The notes under the pieces: generated by a model
What the model was told of the DNA's origin: nothing
What the model saw: only the letters and a program-made list of their open reading frames with translations
Databases searched by the model: none
Translations under genes and position numbers: made by a program
Assembly: GCA_964346995.1 (NCBI GenBank)
Contig: CAYFXT010000004.1
Coordinates: 1 to 33,059, forward strand
DNA length: 33,059 nucleotides
Source of the DNA: an uncultured Spirochaetaceae bacterium
GTDB lineage: Bacteria; Spirochaetota; Spirochaetia; SZUA-6; Bin103
Reading direction: 5' to 3'
Shown: piece after piece, positions 17,900 through 27,876 of the stretch
Layout of the letters: each line of letters starts with the position of its first letter
How positions within the stretch are numbered: position 1 is the stretch's first letter

Positions 17900-19248
17900 T
17901 CCACGACCTCATCACGACCCGCGCTGCCGTGACGGCGGTCACGCGCACCTCCGAGCAGTTCGCTGCCGAGCCCGGCAGCGGCGTGTAGCAGCGCCGGGTG
18001 GTGCGGCGTAATCAGCGAGATCGCGCGCAGACGATGGCGGAACACCCCGACCACCGAACTGTTGAACACCGTCGCCGATTCCATCCGCGCACGAGCACCA
18101 CGTGCTTCCGGGGGCGCCGCGCGGCGCGTGTCGACGCTATCCACCACCTCCAGATCGACGTCGAACGAAATCGGCTCCGGAAGGTCGAGGATCACGTCGT
18201 CGGCGGCAACAGCCAGGCCGCACGCGCGCGACAGATCGGCCGCCAGACGTGCCTCCACCGGCGCGCGGGCCGCGGGCGGTTGCAGCGCACGGTGGGCCGG
18301 CAGCGCTGGATCGAAGGGTACCTGACAGGCAACGCGCAACAGTTCGCCGCGGAACGTCCGCCTCGCCAGCGAGAACGCCGACCGGCGTCCTTCGAGCAGC
18401 CGGCGGAATCCTTCATCGTCGAGACCGTAGAGCTCCGCGCACTGCAGATGGCCCTGGGCCAACCCGGTGAGCACGGCCTTCTTGATCATCGCCGTCGCCA
18501 CGCGCATCGTCTTGTGCCAGTACACCGTGCGATACATCAGGTAGCGAGCGAACAGAATGCTCTCCACCGCGGGCAGGCCCGCGGCAGAAACGGCGACTCC
18601 TCCGGCATGGAGACGCAGCTCGCCGAGCAGGTAGTCGGTGTCCTGGACCCCATACGGCACCCCGCAGAAGTACGCGTCACGGTTCAGGTAGTCGAGCTTG
18701 TCGGGGTCGACCACGCCGGAGAGCATGGCACGGAACAGAGCTGCGTCGCTGCCCGCGGGCGCCGGCCGTTGCTCGTCGACGATCGCCGCCACCAGCTCCG
18801 GATCGGTGCCGACCCGCTCGCGGATCGTCTGAGCCACCTTGGAAGTGAGCGCCCACTCGGCAGTGAGGCTCTCATGCGGCGTCACGGCGAGATCCTTCAA
18901 CGAGTGGGCGAACGGGTAATGCCCGACGTCGTGCACCAGCGCCGCACACAGGAAGGCGTCCACCTCCTCCACCGTGGGCCGCCAATCGGGACTGACCTCG
19001 AGCAGACGGATCAGCATCTGGTGCGCGACGTGGAACACGCCGAGGCTGTGGCCGAAGCGGGTGTGGGTGGCGCCGGGAAACACCAGGTAGGCGGGGCCGA
19101 GCTGCTTGATACCGCGCAGTTGCTGGAATGCGGGGAGCTGAATCACCCGCAGCAGCGGATCGGAGAGTCGGACGTGATGCCACAGCGGGTCACGGATCGG
19201 GTGGTCGTAGGAGGTGAGCAGATGCTGAAGCGCGGCGCGGATGGCCAT
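17893..19248 (-). CDS. HD-domain phosphohydrolase (dNTP triphosphohydrolase-like family)
   Basis: IRDPLW, IKQLG, FPGATHTRFGHSLGV, HDVGHYPFAH, DPDKLDYLNRDAY, RYLMYRTVYWHKT. Confidence 0.9.
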   Translation of the reverse strand: MAIRAALQHLLTSYDHPIRDPLWHHVRLSDPLLRVIQLPAFQQLRGIKQLGPAYLVFPGATHTRFGHSLGVFHVAHQMLIRLLEVSPDWRPTVEEVDAFLCAALVHDVGHYPFAHSLKDLAVTPHESLTAEWALTSKVAQTIRERVGTDPELVAAIVDEQRPAPAGSDAALFRAMLSGVVDPDKLDYLNRDAYFCGVPYGVQDTDYLLGELRLHAGGVAVSAAGLPAVESILFARYLMYRTVYWHKTMRVATAMIKKAVLTGLAQGHLQCAELYGLDDEGFRRLLEGRRSAFSLARRTFRGELLRVACQVPFDPALPAHRALQPPAARAPVEARLAADLSRACGLAVAADDVILDLPEPISFDVDLEVVDSVDTRRAAPPEARGARARMESATVFNSSVVGVFRHRLRAISLITPHHPALLHAAAGLGSELLGGARDRRHGSAGRDEVVDQ

Positions 19249-19263
19249 GAGTTTCGCGCGCCT

Positions 19264-19292
19264 ATTGTAGGCGGACCGGAAGACTCGACCAA
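19264..19292 (-). promoter_or_regulatory. Probable promoter of the HD hydrolase gene
   Basis: Minus strand TTGGTC-N17-TACAAT, 15 nt upstream of ATG 19248. Confidence 0.45.
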
Positions 19293-19369
19293 CCGGCTGA
19301 GCGGTCCGTGTACCCGGCCCCGGTAGTGGCCGGTTGATCGGCGCCCTGCCATCCGGTATCTATCCTGGT

Positions 19370-20032
19370 GTGCTGCTGACCAGGGTGGTGCGGCTGGCGG
19401 CGGTCCTCACCACGGCACTGCTTGTCGGCTGCGCCGGTGATGAACCCCAGGCAAACGGCGACCGGACCGCGCTGGCGCCGGCGACCGATGCTGCGAGCGG
19501 TGACCAGCGAGCGGTCCGTCCCGTAGCGACGGACGAGTCCGCGTCATCGGGCTCCAGGCCGATCGCCGTGACCCACGAGTTCCTCCATCGGCGCGGTCCG
19601 CGCGTACTTCCCCATGACTACGCAATCGGACCGCTGCAGGATCTGTTGGCGACCGGGCAGACGGAGCGGGAGGTGACCAGCATCCTGATTGCCTTCTTCG
19701 AAACCCTGGCGGCGGGATCGATTGCCACCGAAGCGATCGCATCGGACCGCCGGCAGTCGCTGTCTCGCTCGCTGCAATTCCACGTGCGCGACGGGCGGCT
19801 GCCGCGCGCGGTGCGGATCGGCTCCGTGACGATCAGCGACGATCAGGTTCGGGTCGCCCTCCGTCTGTTCGGCGATCCGGGACGGACCGCGGGAGAGGCG
19901 TACCTGCAGGCCACGGCTGCCGGCTGGCGGATCGTCGACCTGCAGCTCGACCTGCGGCAGTTGGCACGGCCGTATACCGCAAGAGCGGAGTTTGAACCGC
20001 GCGCCGATCAGTGGTTGCTGCTCGACTCGTGA
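19370..20032 (+). CDS. Hypothetical lipoprotein
   Basis: Signal peptide with lipobox LLVG-C, low-complexity tether, then a folded domain; start uncertain. Confidence 0.7.
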   Translation: MLLTRVVRLAAVLTTALLVGCAGDEPQANGDRTALAPATDAASGDQRAVRPVATDESASSGSRPIAVTHEFLHRRGPRVLPHDYAIGPLQDLLATGQTEREVTSILIAFFETLAAGSIATEAIASDRRQSLSRSLQFHVRDGRLPRAVRIGSVTISDDQVRVALRLFGDPGRTAGEAYLQATAAGWRIVDLQLDLRQLARPYTARAEFEPRADQWLLLDS

Positions 20033-20194
20033 CCTGGTCGCCGACTTCGCGAGGCTGACCCGGTACTGCCCGACCCGGTACTGTTGTTCGAGTGAATGTT
20101 CGATGAGGCAATTGAGGCAATACGGCTGGTTGACATCACGCTCCCTCGGAGGTAATTATATGTGGTCCATTACGTACTTATTTCGGAGTAGCGT

Positions 20195-20509
20195 TTGACG
20201 GCATACGAGGCTACGTTTGTGTTCCTCCCCGGCTCGGAGTCGGTGGAGCGAGGGAAAGCGGCTGTCGGGGAGATTTTCTCCAAGGCCGGCGTGCACATTA
20301 CCGGTGAAGAAGACATCGGCGAGCGAGCGCTCGCCTACCCCATCGCCAAGCAGGAACGGGGCTACTACATTCTCTACGAAATCGAATCCGACCCTCAGAA
20401 CGTGCAGGGACTCTATCAAGCGGCGGGATTGGTGCCGGACATCCTGAAGTGCTTCATCGTGCATCGCGTTCCGGCCACGGCCCCGGCGGCGTCGCAGTCC
20501 GGGGCGTGA
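20195..20509 (+). CDS. rpsF: 30S ribosomal protein S6
   Basis: YEATFVF, GERALAYPIAKQERGYY; TTG start with GGAG at 20185-20188; first gene of rpsF-ssb-rpsR. Confidence 0.92.
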   Translation: MTAYEATFVFLPGSESVERGKAAVGEIFSKAGVHITGEEDIGERALAYPIAKQERGYYILYEIESDPQNVQGLYQAAGLVPDILKCFIVHRVPATAPAASQSGA

Positions 20510-20519
20510 GGATTGTCGT

Positions 20520-20984
20520 ATGGCTGACATCAACCACGTCACCTTGGTAGGACGTCTCACCCGGGACGCCGAGCTCAAGTACACCAACTCCGGGCAGGCG
20601 GTTTCCAATATCGGCCTGGCCATCAATCAGCGCCGGCGGCGCGATGATCAGTGGGTCGACGAGGCTCACTTCTTCGACTGCGTCGTATGGGGAAAGACCG
20701 CCGAGGCGCTCAATCCCTATCTGGTCAAGGGCAAGCAGATCGGCGTCGAAGGTCAGCTCCGGCAGAATCGTTGGGAACAGGATGGCCGCACGCGCAGCCG
20801 CGTAGAAATCTTCGTCAACAACATTCAACTGCTCGGCGGGCGCAACGACGCACCTCTGCGGGACGAGGGATCTGCTCCGCGCAGTACTTCACCGCGGGAA
20901 GGTGCTTCACCGCGGGAAGGTGCGCCACCGCGGGGCGGATCGTTACCGTCGGCGGACGATTTCGACGACGATATTCCGTTCTGA
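20520..20984 (+). CDS. ssb: Single-stranded DNA-binding protein
   Basis: NHVTLVGRLTRDAELKYT, YLVKGKQIGVEGQL, C-terminal DDDIPF. Confidence 0.97.
   Translation: MADINHVTLVGRLTRDAELKYTNSGQAVSNIGLAINQRRRRDDQWVDEAHFFDCVVWGKTAEALNPYLVKGKQIGVEGQLRQNRWEQDGRTRSRVEIFVNNIQLLGGRNDAPLRDEGSAPRSTSPREGASPREGAPPRGGSLPSADDFDDDIPF
20887..20934 (+). repeat. 18-bp tandem repeat (about 2.7 copies) in the SSB linker
   Basis: CTTCACCGCGGGAAGGTG twice plus CGCCACCGCGGG; encodes SPREGA-SPREGA-PPRG. Confidence 0.85.
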
Positions 20985-21005
20985 CGTTATCCAAGGATTC
21001 AACCG

Positions 21006-21338
21006 ATGTCTGATACCACTCCATCCTCGCCGGCAGCGCCCCCAGCCGCGGGACCTGCATACGCCGTCGGCGGCCGCGACCGGCGCGACGGCCGGGGTCG
21101 CTCCCGTCAGGGGCGTCCCTTCTACCGCAAGAAGTTCTGCAAGTTCTGTGCGCGCACGAAAACGGGAAGCGTGATCATCGACTACAAGGAGGTCGATACC
21201 CTGCGCCGCTACATCACCGATCGGGGCAAGATCCTGCCGCGCCGAGTGACCGGCAACTGTGCCAAATGCCAGCGCAAACTGTCGGCCGCGGTAAAGCGGG
21301 CCCGTGCGCTGGCGTTGCTCCCGTTCACGGCACAGTAA
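21006..21338 (+). CDS. rpsR: 30S ribosomal protein S18 (zinc-ribbon type, N-terminal extension)
   Basis: [55 protein letters not shown]. Confidence 0.96.
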   Translation: MSDTTPSSPAAPPAAGPAYAVGGRDRRDGRGRSRQGRPFYRKKFCKFCARTKTGSVIIDYKEVDTLRRYITDRGKILPRRVTGNCAKCQRKLSAAVKRARALALLPFTAQ

Positions 21339-21380
21339 CGCGATCGCCGGGAATCGAACGGGCATGGCGGCCTGCGCCAC

Positions 21381-22400
21381 ATGAACAGCCCGAGCCTTTC
21401 CAACCGCATATGGATCGAGATAGCGGTATTCACGGCGGTAGCGCTGGGGCTGCATCTGCTGGCTCCCGGAGTCTTCCTCTTTCTGGTTCCGCTGCAAATG
21501 CTGGCCATTCGGCGCGGGCGCAGCGCCTTCGGCTACGCCGTGCTGCTGCTGGTGCTGTCGGGCGCCGTCGTGGAGCTGGCGATGAGCGGCTGGCGCGGCA
21601 CGCTGCCGAAGGGCGAAGATTATCTGCGCGATATCGGTCTGTTCCTGGCCACGCTGCTGCTCGGCGGCCTGTGGCTGGTGAACCAGCCACGCGTGCTGCC
21701 GTATCGCCATCTGCTGCGCATCCTGGTCGCTACCGGTGCCGCCGGTCTGATCGCCATGCCGTTCATCGGCGGCCTGATGAGCGATGCCGAGTTCGTTCCC
21801 ACCATGCGCGACTACATCGCCGGGCAGCCGATTATTCGCATGGGCATCGCCCCGGCGGACGCTCCCGGAATGGTCGCGGGGCAGGCCGCGAACCTGGAGG
21901 CGGTCGATCACCTCATCGACACCGTCGGCAGGATGCTGCTGCGCGGCATTCTGTTTCTCTATCTGGTGTACCTCATGGCGGCATGGTGGCTGGGCTCGTT
22001 GTGGGGCGCGCGCACCATCGGCATGCGCTCTCCGATCGGCCGGCTGCTCACCTTTCGTCTGGAGCCGTGGTGCGTCTGGGCGCTGCTGCTGAGCGGCGCC
22101 ATGGTGCTCGGCGACTCCCTCGGCGACTTCGGGGTGCTCGGCTATGCCGGCTGGAACGTGTTCTCGGTGTTCCTGCTGTTGTTCGCGTTGCAGGGCATCG
22201 GCGTATTGCAGTGGCTGTTCAGGCGGTATAACGTTCCCGGCCCGATGCGGGTGATGATCGGCATCGCGATGGTGTTCATGCTGTTCCGGTCGGTGCTTAC
22301 GTTCGTGCCGGTGTTCGGACTGCCGTTGCTCGGTTTGTCCGAAATCTGGGTCGACTTCAAGCGTCCCATGCCCGGAGACCGGCCCAGCGGCGCAGCCTGA
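21381..22400 (+). CDS. Multi-pass membrane protein, YybS/DUF2232-like
   Basis: Multiple TM segments, QGIGVL, GLSEIWVDFK; located between rpsR and rplI. Confidence 0.7.
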   Translation: MNSPSLSNRIWIEIAVFTAVALGLHLLAPGVFLFLVPLQMLAIRRGRSAFGYAVLLLVLSGAVVELAMSGWRGTLPKGEDYLRDIGLFLATLLLGGLWLVNQPRVLPYRHLLRILVATGAAGLIAMPFIGGLMSDAEFVPTMRDYIAGQPIIRMGIAPADAPGMVAGQAANLEAVDHLIDTVGRMLLRGILFLYLVYLMAAWWLGSLWGARTIGMRSPIGRLLTFRLEPWCVWALLLSGAMVLGDSLGDFGVLGYAGWNVFSVFLLLFALQGIGVLQWLFRRYNVPGPMRVMIGIAMVFMLFRSVLTFVPVFGLPLLGLSEIWVDFKRPMPGDRPSGAA

Positions 22401-22429
22401 GAACCGATGACTTCGAACAGGAGAGCGAG

Positions 22430-22882
22430 ATGAAGGTAATTCTACAGCAGGACGTGGCAGGTCTCGGCGAAGAGGGCGACGTGTGCGAGGTGGCGACCGG
22501 GTACGCGCGCAACTTTCTGTTTCGGCGGCAGGTGGCCCTGCCCTTCACCAGGCACGCAATGACTCTGCTGGAGCATCGTCGTGAAGGGATCGAACGGCGC
22601 AAGGAGGAGAAGCGCGTTGGTGCCGCCGGCTTGCGCGAACGGCTCGAAAACGAGGAGCTCTCCTTCCGCATGACCGCAGGCGTGAGCGGCAAGCTGTTCG
22701 GATCGATCACCAGCGTGGCGATCGCCGGCGAATTGGAGCGGCGCGGCTACCAGATCGATCGGCGGCGGATCGAGGTCCCCGATCACTCGCTGAAGATGAT
22801 CGGCGAGCACACCGTGCGGGTCCGCCTTTACGAAAACCAGTCCGCCAACGTCAAGGTGACTATCGAGGCCGACAACGATTGA
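22430..22882 (+). CDS. rplI: 50S ribosomal protein L9
   Basis: MKVILQQDVAGLGEEGDVCEVATGYARNFL, GKLFGSIT; SD AGGAG. Confidence 0.97.
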   Translation: MKVILQQDVAGLGEEGDVCEVATGYARNFLFRRQVALPFTRHAMTLLEHRREGIERRKEEKRVGAAGLRERLENEELSFRMTAGVSGKLFGSITSVAIAGELERRGYQIDRRRIEVPDHSLKMIGEHTVRVRLYENQSANVKVTIEADND

Positions 22883-22993
22883 CGCCCCGAAACTGCCGCC
22901 GGTAGCGCCGCTTCCGGCCCCGACCCCACCGGCCCGCACCAGGAGCCAGTCGCAATCCGACCGGCTCCCGGTAGCGAACAGCCATGCCGGCCG

Positions 22994-24370
22994 GTGGCCG
23001 AATCTCGGGAGCTAGCCGACGTGGCCGACATCGCTGCCGCACCGGTCGGCGCACCGTTGCGGGATTCGGTCCCACCGCACAACATCGACGCCGAGGTGGC
23101 GACGCTCGGGGCCCTGCTGCTCGATCCGGAGGCGCTGTCGACGGTGCTGCGCTACCTGCGCGCCGACGACTTCTATCGTGCGGCGCACCGCAAGGTCTAC
23201 CAGGCGATCCTGACGCTGTTCGACCGCAGCGAGGCAATAGACCTGATCACGCTGTGCGACGAGCTCGGGCGCGTCGGCGAGCTGGAGGCGTGCGGCGGCA
23301 CGACGCGGATCTCGCAGCTTACCTCGGCGGTGCCCACCAGTGCGAACGTCGAGTATTACGCGCGGATCGTGCAGGCGCTCAGCATGCGCCGCGAGTTGCA
23401 GCGCATCGCGTCGGGGATCATCGCCGATTCGTTCGATGACACCCGGGAAGTGCGCTACATCATCGAGGAAGCGGAGCGACGCATCTTCGAGATCACCGAT
23501 CGCCAGCAGACCGGATCGTTTCGCCTTGCGCGCGAGATCATCAACCAGACCGTGGACGCCATCGAGCGGCTGTACCACTCCAGCGGCAGCTACACCGGCA
23601 TACCGAGCGGTTTCCCCGATCTCGACAACCTGACCAGCGGGTTTCAGAACTCCGAGTTCGTGGTGGTCGGGGCGCGGCCGTCGGTGGGCAAGACCGCGTT
23701 GGCGCTTACCATGGCGGCCAACATCGCCGTCCAGCAGCGACGGCCGGTGGGATTCTTCACCCTGGAGATGTCGGCGGTGGCACTGATGCAGCGGCTGCTG
23801 TCCGCCGAGGCGCGGCTCGACTCCAACCGCATCAGGTCGGGGCTCCTGCGCAGCTCCGACTTCCACAAGATCACCGATGCGGCGGGCCGCATCTACGACG
23901 CGCCGCTGTTCATCGAAGACTCCCCCAACCTCAAGCTGCTCGACCTGCGCGCCCAGGCGCGGCGCATGAAGAGTAACCACGCCGTCGAAATAATCTTCAT
24001 CGACTACCTCACCCTGATTACGTCGGAGAACCACGAGCTGCCCCGACACGAGCAGATCGCCGAGATCAGCCGTTCGCTGAAGGCGCTGGCACGCGAGCTG
24101 GATCTGCCGGTCGTCACCCTGTCGCAGGTGCGCCGCGAGACCGAGGGCAAGCTGCCCAACCTTGCCGATCTGCGGGAGTCGGGTTCGATCGAGCAGGACG
24201 CGGACGTGGTGATGTTTCTGCACCGTGAGCGGGGCACCGACGAGAACCTCAACGACGCGGAGACCGACCTGATCGTTGCCAAACAGCGCAACGGTCCGGT
24301 CGGCAAGATCAACCTGGCATTCATTCCGGAGTACACCAGGTTCGAGTCGTTGTCGCGGCAGAACGTATGA
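22994..24370 (+). CDS. dnaB: Replicative DNA helicase DnaB
   Basis: PPHNIDAE, GARPSVGKT, FTLEMS, IFIDYL, LSQV, DLRESGSIEQDAD, AKQRNGP; start GTG 22994 or 23021; no intein. Confidence 0.97.
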   Translation: MAESRELADVADIAAAPVGAPLRDSVPPHNIDAEVATLGALLLDPEALSTVLRYLRADDFYRAAHRKVYQAILTLFDRSEAIDLITLCDELGRVGELEACGGTTRISQLTSAVPTSANVEYYARIVQALSMRRELQRIASGIIADSFDDTREVRYIIEEAERRIFEITDRQQTGSFRLAREIINQTVDAIERLYHSSGSYTGIPSGFPDLDNLTSGFQNSEFVVVGARPSVGKTALALTMAANIAVQQRRPVGFFTLEMSAVALMQRLLSAEARLDSNRIRSGLLRSSDFHKITDAAGRIYDAPLFIEDSPNLKLLDLRAQARRMKSNHAVEIIFIDYLTLITSENHELPRHEQIAEISRSLKALARELDLPVVTLSQVRRETEGKLPNLADLRESGSIEQDADVVMFLHRERGTDENLNDAETDLIVAKQRNGPVGKINLAFIPEYTRFESLSRQNV

Positions 24371-24380
24371 CGGGTTGCCG

Positions 24381-26522
24381 TCAGGGGGCGCGCAGATCAA
24401 CGAGAAACCGACCGGCGCCGGGAGAGTGGGCGTATCTCCCGGACGGCTGTACCACCAGCCAGTCGAAGTCGCGGAACAGGTAGAGATCGAACAACAGTGC
24501 TCGGGTGTGCCGGTTCCATACGGAAAAGGTCGCGTCCGCGTTGCGCGCCACCAGCAGGTCGCGGACCACGGCGAGCTGACGCGGGACGCGATCGGTGGAT
24601 TGCAGCGCCTGCAGCCGGTGGCCATCCCATATCCGCACCCGGTCGCCGCCGAGCGTGGAGTATACGTATCGGCCATCAGCCGCACCGGCCAGATCGGCAG
24701 ACACGTCCTCGCCGGAGAAGCTGTGCAGCACTCGTTGCCGGGTCAGGTCGTTACCGTCGCGCAGCCGCAGCACGGTGCGAACGCGGTGACCCGCAGCGGC
24801 GTCCTCGAATGTCTCCACGCCGAGAGTCAGTAGCTGCCGGTCGCCGGATTGCGCGAGATCGTAGATCAGCAGTGCATCGTCGGGCACCGGCAGGGTCTCG
24901 GCATTGCCGGTGTCGATCTGCAACAGCGGCGTGGTCACCGTGTCGGCGCTGCGCCGTCCGGCGACGAGATGTTGCCCTACCCGCACCACCTTGCTGGCGC
25001 CCGGCGCCCAGAACCGCTGCACCGGATCCGGTATGGAAAAAGGCGACCCGGTAAGTATCCGTTCGACCGGGTAGAGGGTGATGTTCCCGGCGCCGTCCAC
25101 CAGCAGCAGATGCTCGTCGACCATATCGACCTGGGTCAGCGGTGCCGGCAGGCCGGACATGCGCAGCCGGTAGCGCCCGGTCTGCGGGTCCAGGGTACCG
25201 AGGCGGCCGCGCTCTCCATCCCGGTTCCACACGAACACCAATCCGTGCGTCCCCTGCTGCGGCGCGCTGCCGGGGCCCGGAGCGGCGGGCAGCACAGCCG
25301 GAGCAACCGCCGTCAGCCCCACGGCAGCCCCGAAGGGATTGCGCAGCACCCTGGCGGAAGCAAGCTGCGACAGCTCACCGGAAAGGTTGGCGGGCAGACC
25401 GGGTTCGGGAATGGGAACGGCTCCGGGACCTAGCAGCCGCGCTACCCCGATGCGGCGCGCGTTCGCTACCAGCAGGGTATCGCCGCCGGCAGCGAACGCT
25501 ACCGGATCCAGCAGCTCGTTGCGGACGAATGGTTGCGCACCGGATGGCTCCGCCTTCCAGATGGCGCTCCGGTCTGCAACGAACAGGTCACGCCCGGCGT
25601 AGACCACTGCGGTCGCCGGCCCGTCCAGCTCCAGCGAGGACTCGCCGCGCGCCGTCGCCGCGCGGCCGAGCGTGAACCGGTGCAGCGTATAGCCCGGCTC
25701 CTGTCCGACCGGTTGCAGTACGCCGATCTGCAGGATCTGGTCGGCGACGGTGAACAGGGAGCGCCGCGGCACCGGGAACCGGTTCCGGACGGCGCCGGTA
25801 ACCACGTCGATCGTTACCACCTCGTCACCGGAGCGTGCTACCAGGAGCGATCGGTCGGCGCTGACCGCGATTTCCTCCAGGTTGGCCGGAGTCGGCATCG
25901 CTGCCTTCAGCTTCGCCGTATCCGCATCCCAGAAGCGCACCTCGCCGGTAGGCTGATAGGTCATGATGGTGCGTTCGTTGGTCGAGGTGGTCACGTACGA
26001 GACGATGCCGAACGCCGACGGCAGGCGCCGCTGCCGACGCCCGGTACGAGGGTCGAGAAATACCACGCTGTCGAACCGGGCCCTGGTGTAGACCAGTGAC
26101 GAACCGCGGCTGGTGAACCCTACGTGCAGCGGCGCCTCCTCCAGCTCGTGGCGGTAGCGACGTCGGCCGGTACTCCAGTCCCACACCTCCAGCAGGTCGC
26201 CACGGCCCGAGAAGCGCAACACCACGGCTACCAGAGTGTCCTCCGGATGCACAGCGATCCTTTGCACGCGCGCCGCGCCGAGGCGCAGATTGCGGACTAT
26301 CGTGCGCCGGTCGTGACTCCACACGCGCACGGTGCCATCATCCCCAGCCGAGAACAGAAGCCGCCGCGGCGCGTCGTAGGCGAGATCGTTGATCGCACCG
26401 TGGTGGCTGCTGTTGATCAGGAATCGGGGCGCCGCGACCGCGCCGACGGCGCCGGCGAGCAGCAGCAGGACCACGACGGAACGCACCAGCCACGACCGCG
26501 GTCCGGTGCTCGCGCCGCGCAT
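24381..26522 (-). CDS. Exported WD40/beta-propeller repeat protein
   Basis: Signal peptide; HHGAINDLAY...FSAGDDGTVRVW, EVWD, VRFWD, VRIWD, FSVWN; ATG immediately after the rseP stop. Confidence 0.8.
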   Translation of the reverse strand: MRGASTGPRSWLVRSVVVLLLLAGAVGAVAAPRFLINSSHHGAINDLAYDAPRRLLFSAGDDGTVRVWSHDRRTIVRNLRLGAARVQRIAVHPEDTLVAVVLRFSGRGDLLEVWDWSTGRRRYRHELEEAPLHVGFTSRGSSLVYTRARFDSVVFLDPRTGRRQRRLPSAFGIVSYVTTSTNERTIMTYQPTGEVRFWDADTAKLKAAMPTPANLEEIAVSADRSLLVARSGDEVVTIDVVTGAVRNRFPVPRRSLFTVADQILQIGVLQPVGQEPGYTLHRFTLGRAATARGESSLELDGPATAVVYAGRDLFVADRSAIWKAEPSGAQPFVRNELLDPVAFAAGGDTLLVANARRIGVARLLGPGAVPIPEPGLPANLSGELSQLASARVLRNPFGAAVGLTAVAPAVLPAAPGPGSAPQQGTHGLVFVWNRDGERGRLGTLDPQTGRYRLRMSGLPAPLTQVDMVDEHLLLVDGAGNITLYPVERILTGSPFSIPDPVQRFWAPGASKVVRVGQHLVAGRRSADTVTTPLLQIDTGNAETLPVPDDALLIYDLAQSGDRQLLTLGVETFEDAAAGHRVRTVLRLRDGNDLTRQRVLHSFSGEDVSADLAGAADGRYVYSTLGGDRVRIWDGHRLQALQSTDRVPRQLAVVRDLLVARNADATFSVWNRHTRALLFDLYLFRDFDWLVVQPSGRYAHSPGAGRFLVDLRAP

Positions 26523-26523
26523 C

Positions 26524-27876
26524 CTATCTGCCGACGAAGAACAGGATGTCGCTGAAGGTGACCGTGAGCGCCAGTACGAGCAGCAGCGACATGCCGAGCG
26601 TCTGAATCCGGTACACCACCGCCGGCCGCAGTGGCCTGCCGCGAACCAGCTCCGTGACGTAGAGGGCGACGTGTCCACCGTCGAGGGCCGGCAGGGGCAG
26701 CAGGTTCATCATGAACAGCACGATGCTGATCAGACACAGCAGCCGGAAGAACCGTACCAGCCCCACGCCCACGCTGCGCTCGAAGCCGTCGGTCGCGGCG
26801 CGCCCGACGTAGTAGGTAATGCGCAACGGCCCCGCGACGGCGTTCCGGGTATTGCCGCGAAACAGGTGCCCGAAGCCGCCCACGGTGAGCTGGATCGTGC
26901 GCCAGGTCTCGTCGACGCCGCGTCCGAGCGCCGCCGGAGGCGACAGCCGCGGCGAACGCGACTGCGGTACCTGGAAACCGAAACCGGGGTCGTTCGCCGG
27001 TTCACGCAGGTCCAGCGCGGCATGAACCATCTCGCCCTGACGCTCGACCACGATGTCGGCGCGCGACCCGGCCTCCTGCAGGAGTTGCACCACATCGATC
27101 GAGTGGCGCACCGCCGTTCCATTCACGGTGACGATCCGGTCGCCGCTGCGCAACCCGGCAACGGAGGCCGCCCCACCGATCCGTACGTCGAGGATCGGCT
27201 CTACCCATGGATACACCCAGATGCGGCCGGCAAGCGTCTCCGGATCGAGCTCGGGGGTGATGGAAGTGGCCAGCAGGGTCCCGTCGCGCTCCACCGTCAA
27301 CTGCAGGGAACGTTCCGGGGCGGCAGCAATCTGCATACGAATCTGCTGGAAGTTGGCGATCTCCCGCCCGTCGATGTGCGTAATGCGGTCGCCGCTGCGC
27401 AATCCCGCTGCCTGCGCCGGAGTTTGCGATGCGATCGCGTCGAGGGTGTAGTCGGAGGCCAGCACGATGCGGGTTCCGGGACTGTCGATACGAAATCCCA
27501 GCCACCAGATCAGGCTCAATACCAGTACCGCGAACGTGAGGTTGGCCAATGGTCCGGCAATGATGATGGCGATGCGCCGCCACGGCGAGGCGGCGAAGAA
27601 CGAGCCCTGCTGCACCGGATACTCCGCTGCGCCGGTGCGCGATGCCTCGCGCAGGCCGTCGTCGCCCTTCATCTTGCAGTAGCCACCGAGCGGAAACCAG
27701 GATATCTGGTAGGTGGTGCCGCGATGGTGGAAGCCGACCATGCGCCGGCCCCAGCCGAGCGAAAACACCTCCACCGCGACTCCGTTCGCCTTGGCGGCGA
27801 GGAAGTGACCGAGCTCATGGACGAACACCATGATGCCGAGGCCGAGAATGCCGAACAGTAGGGTGGTCATCGCCAA
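26524..27876 (-). CDS. rseP: RIP metalloprotease RseP (site-2 protease with two PDZ domains)
   Basis: HELGH, PLGGYCKM, AGPLAN, two AGLRSGDRI PDZ motifs, NLLPLPALDGGH. Confidence 0.95.
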   Translation of the reverse strand: MAMTTLLFGILGLGIMVFVHELGHFLAAKANGVAVEVFSLGWGRRMVGFHHRGTTYQISWFPLGGYCKMKGDDGLREASRTGAAEYPVQQGSFFAASPWRRIAIIIAGPLANLTFAVLVLSLIWWLGFRIDSPGTRIVLASDYTLDAIASQTPAQAAGLRSGDRITHIDGREIANFQQIRMQIAAAPERSLQLTVERDGTLLATSITPELDPETLAGRIWVYPWVEPILDVRIGGAASVAGLRSGDRIVTVNGTAVRHSIDVVQLLQEAGSRADIVVERQGEMVHAALDLREPANDPGFGFQVPQSRSPRLSPPAALGRGVDETWRTIQLTVGGFGHLFRGNTRNAVAGPLRITYYVGRAATDGFERSVGVGLVRFFRLLCLISIVLFMMNLLPLPALDGGHVALYVTELVRGRPLRPAVVYRIQTLGMSLLLVLALTVTFSDILFFVGR

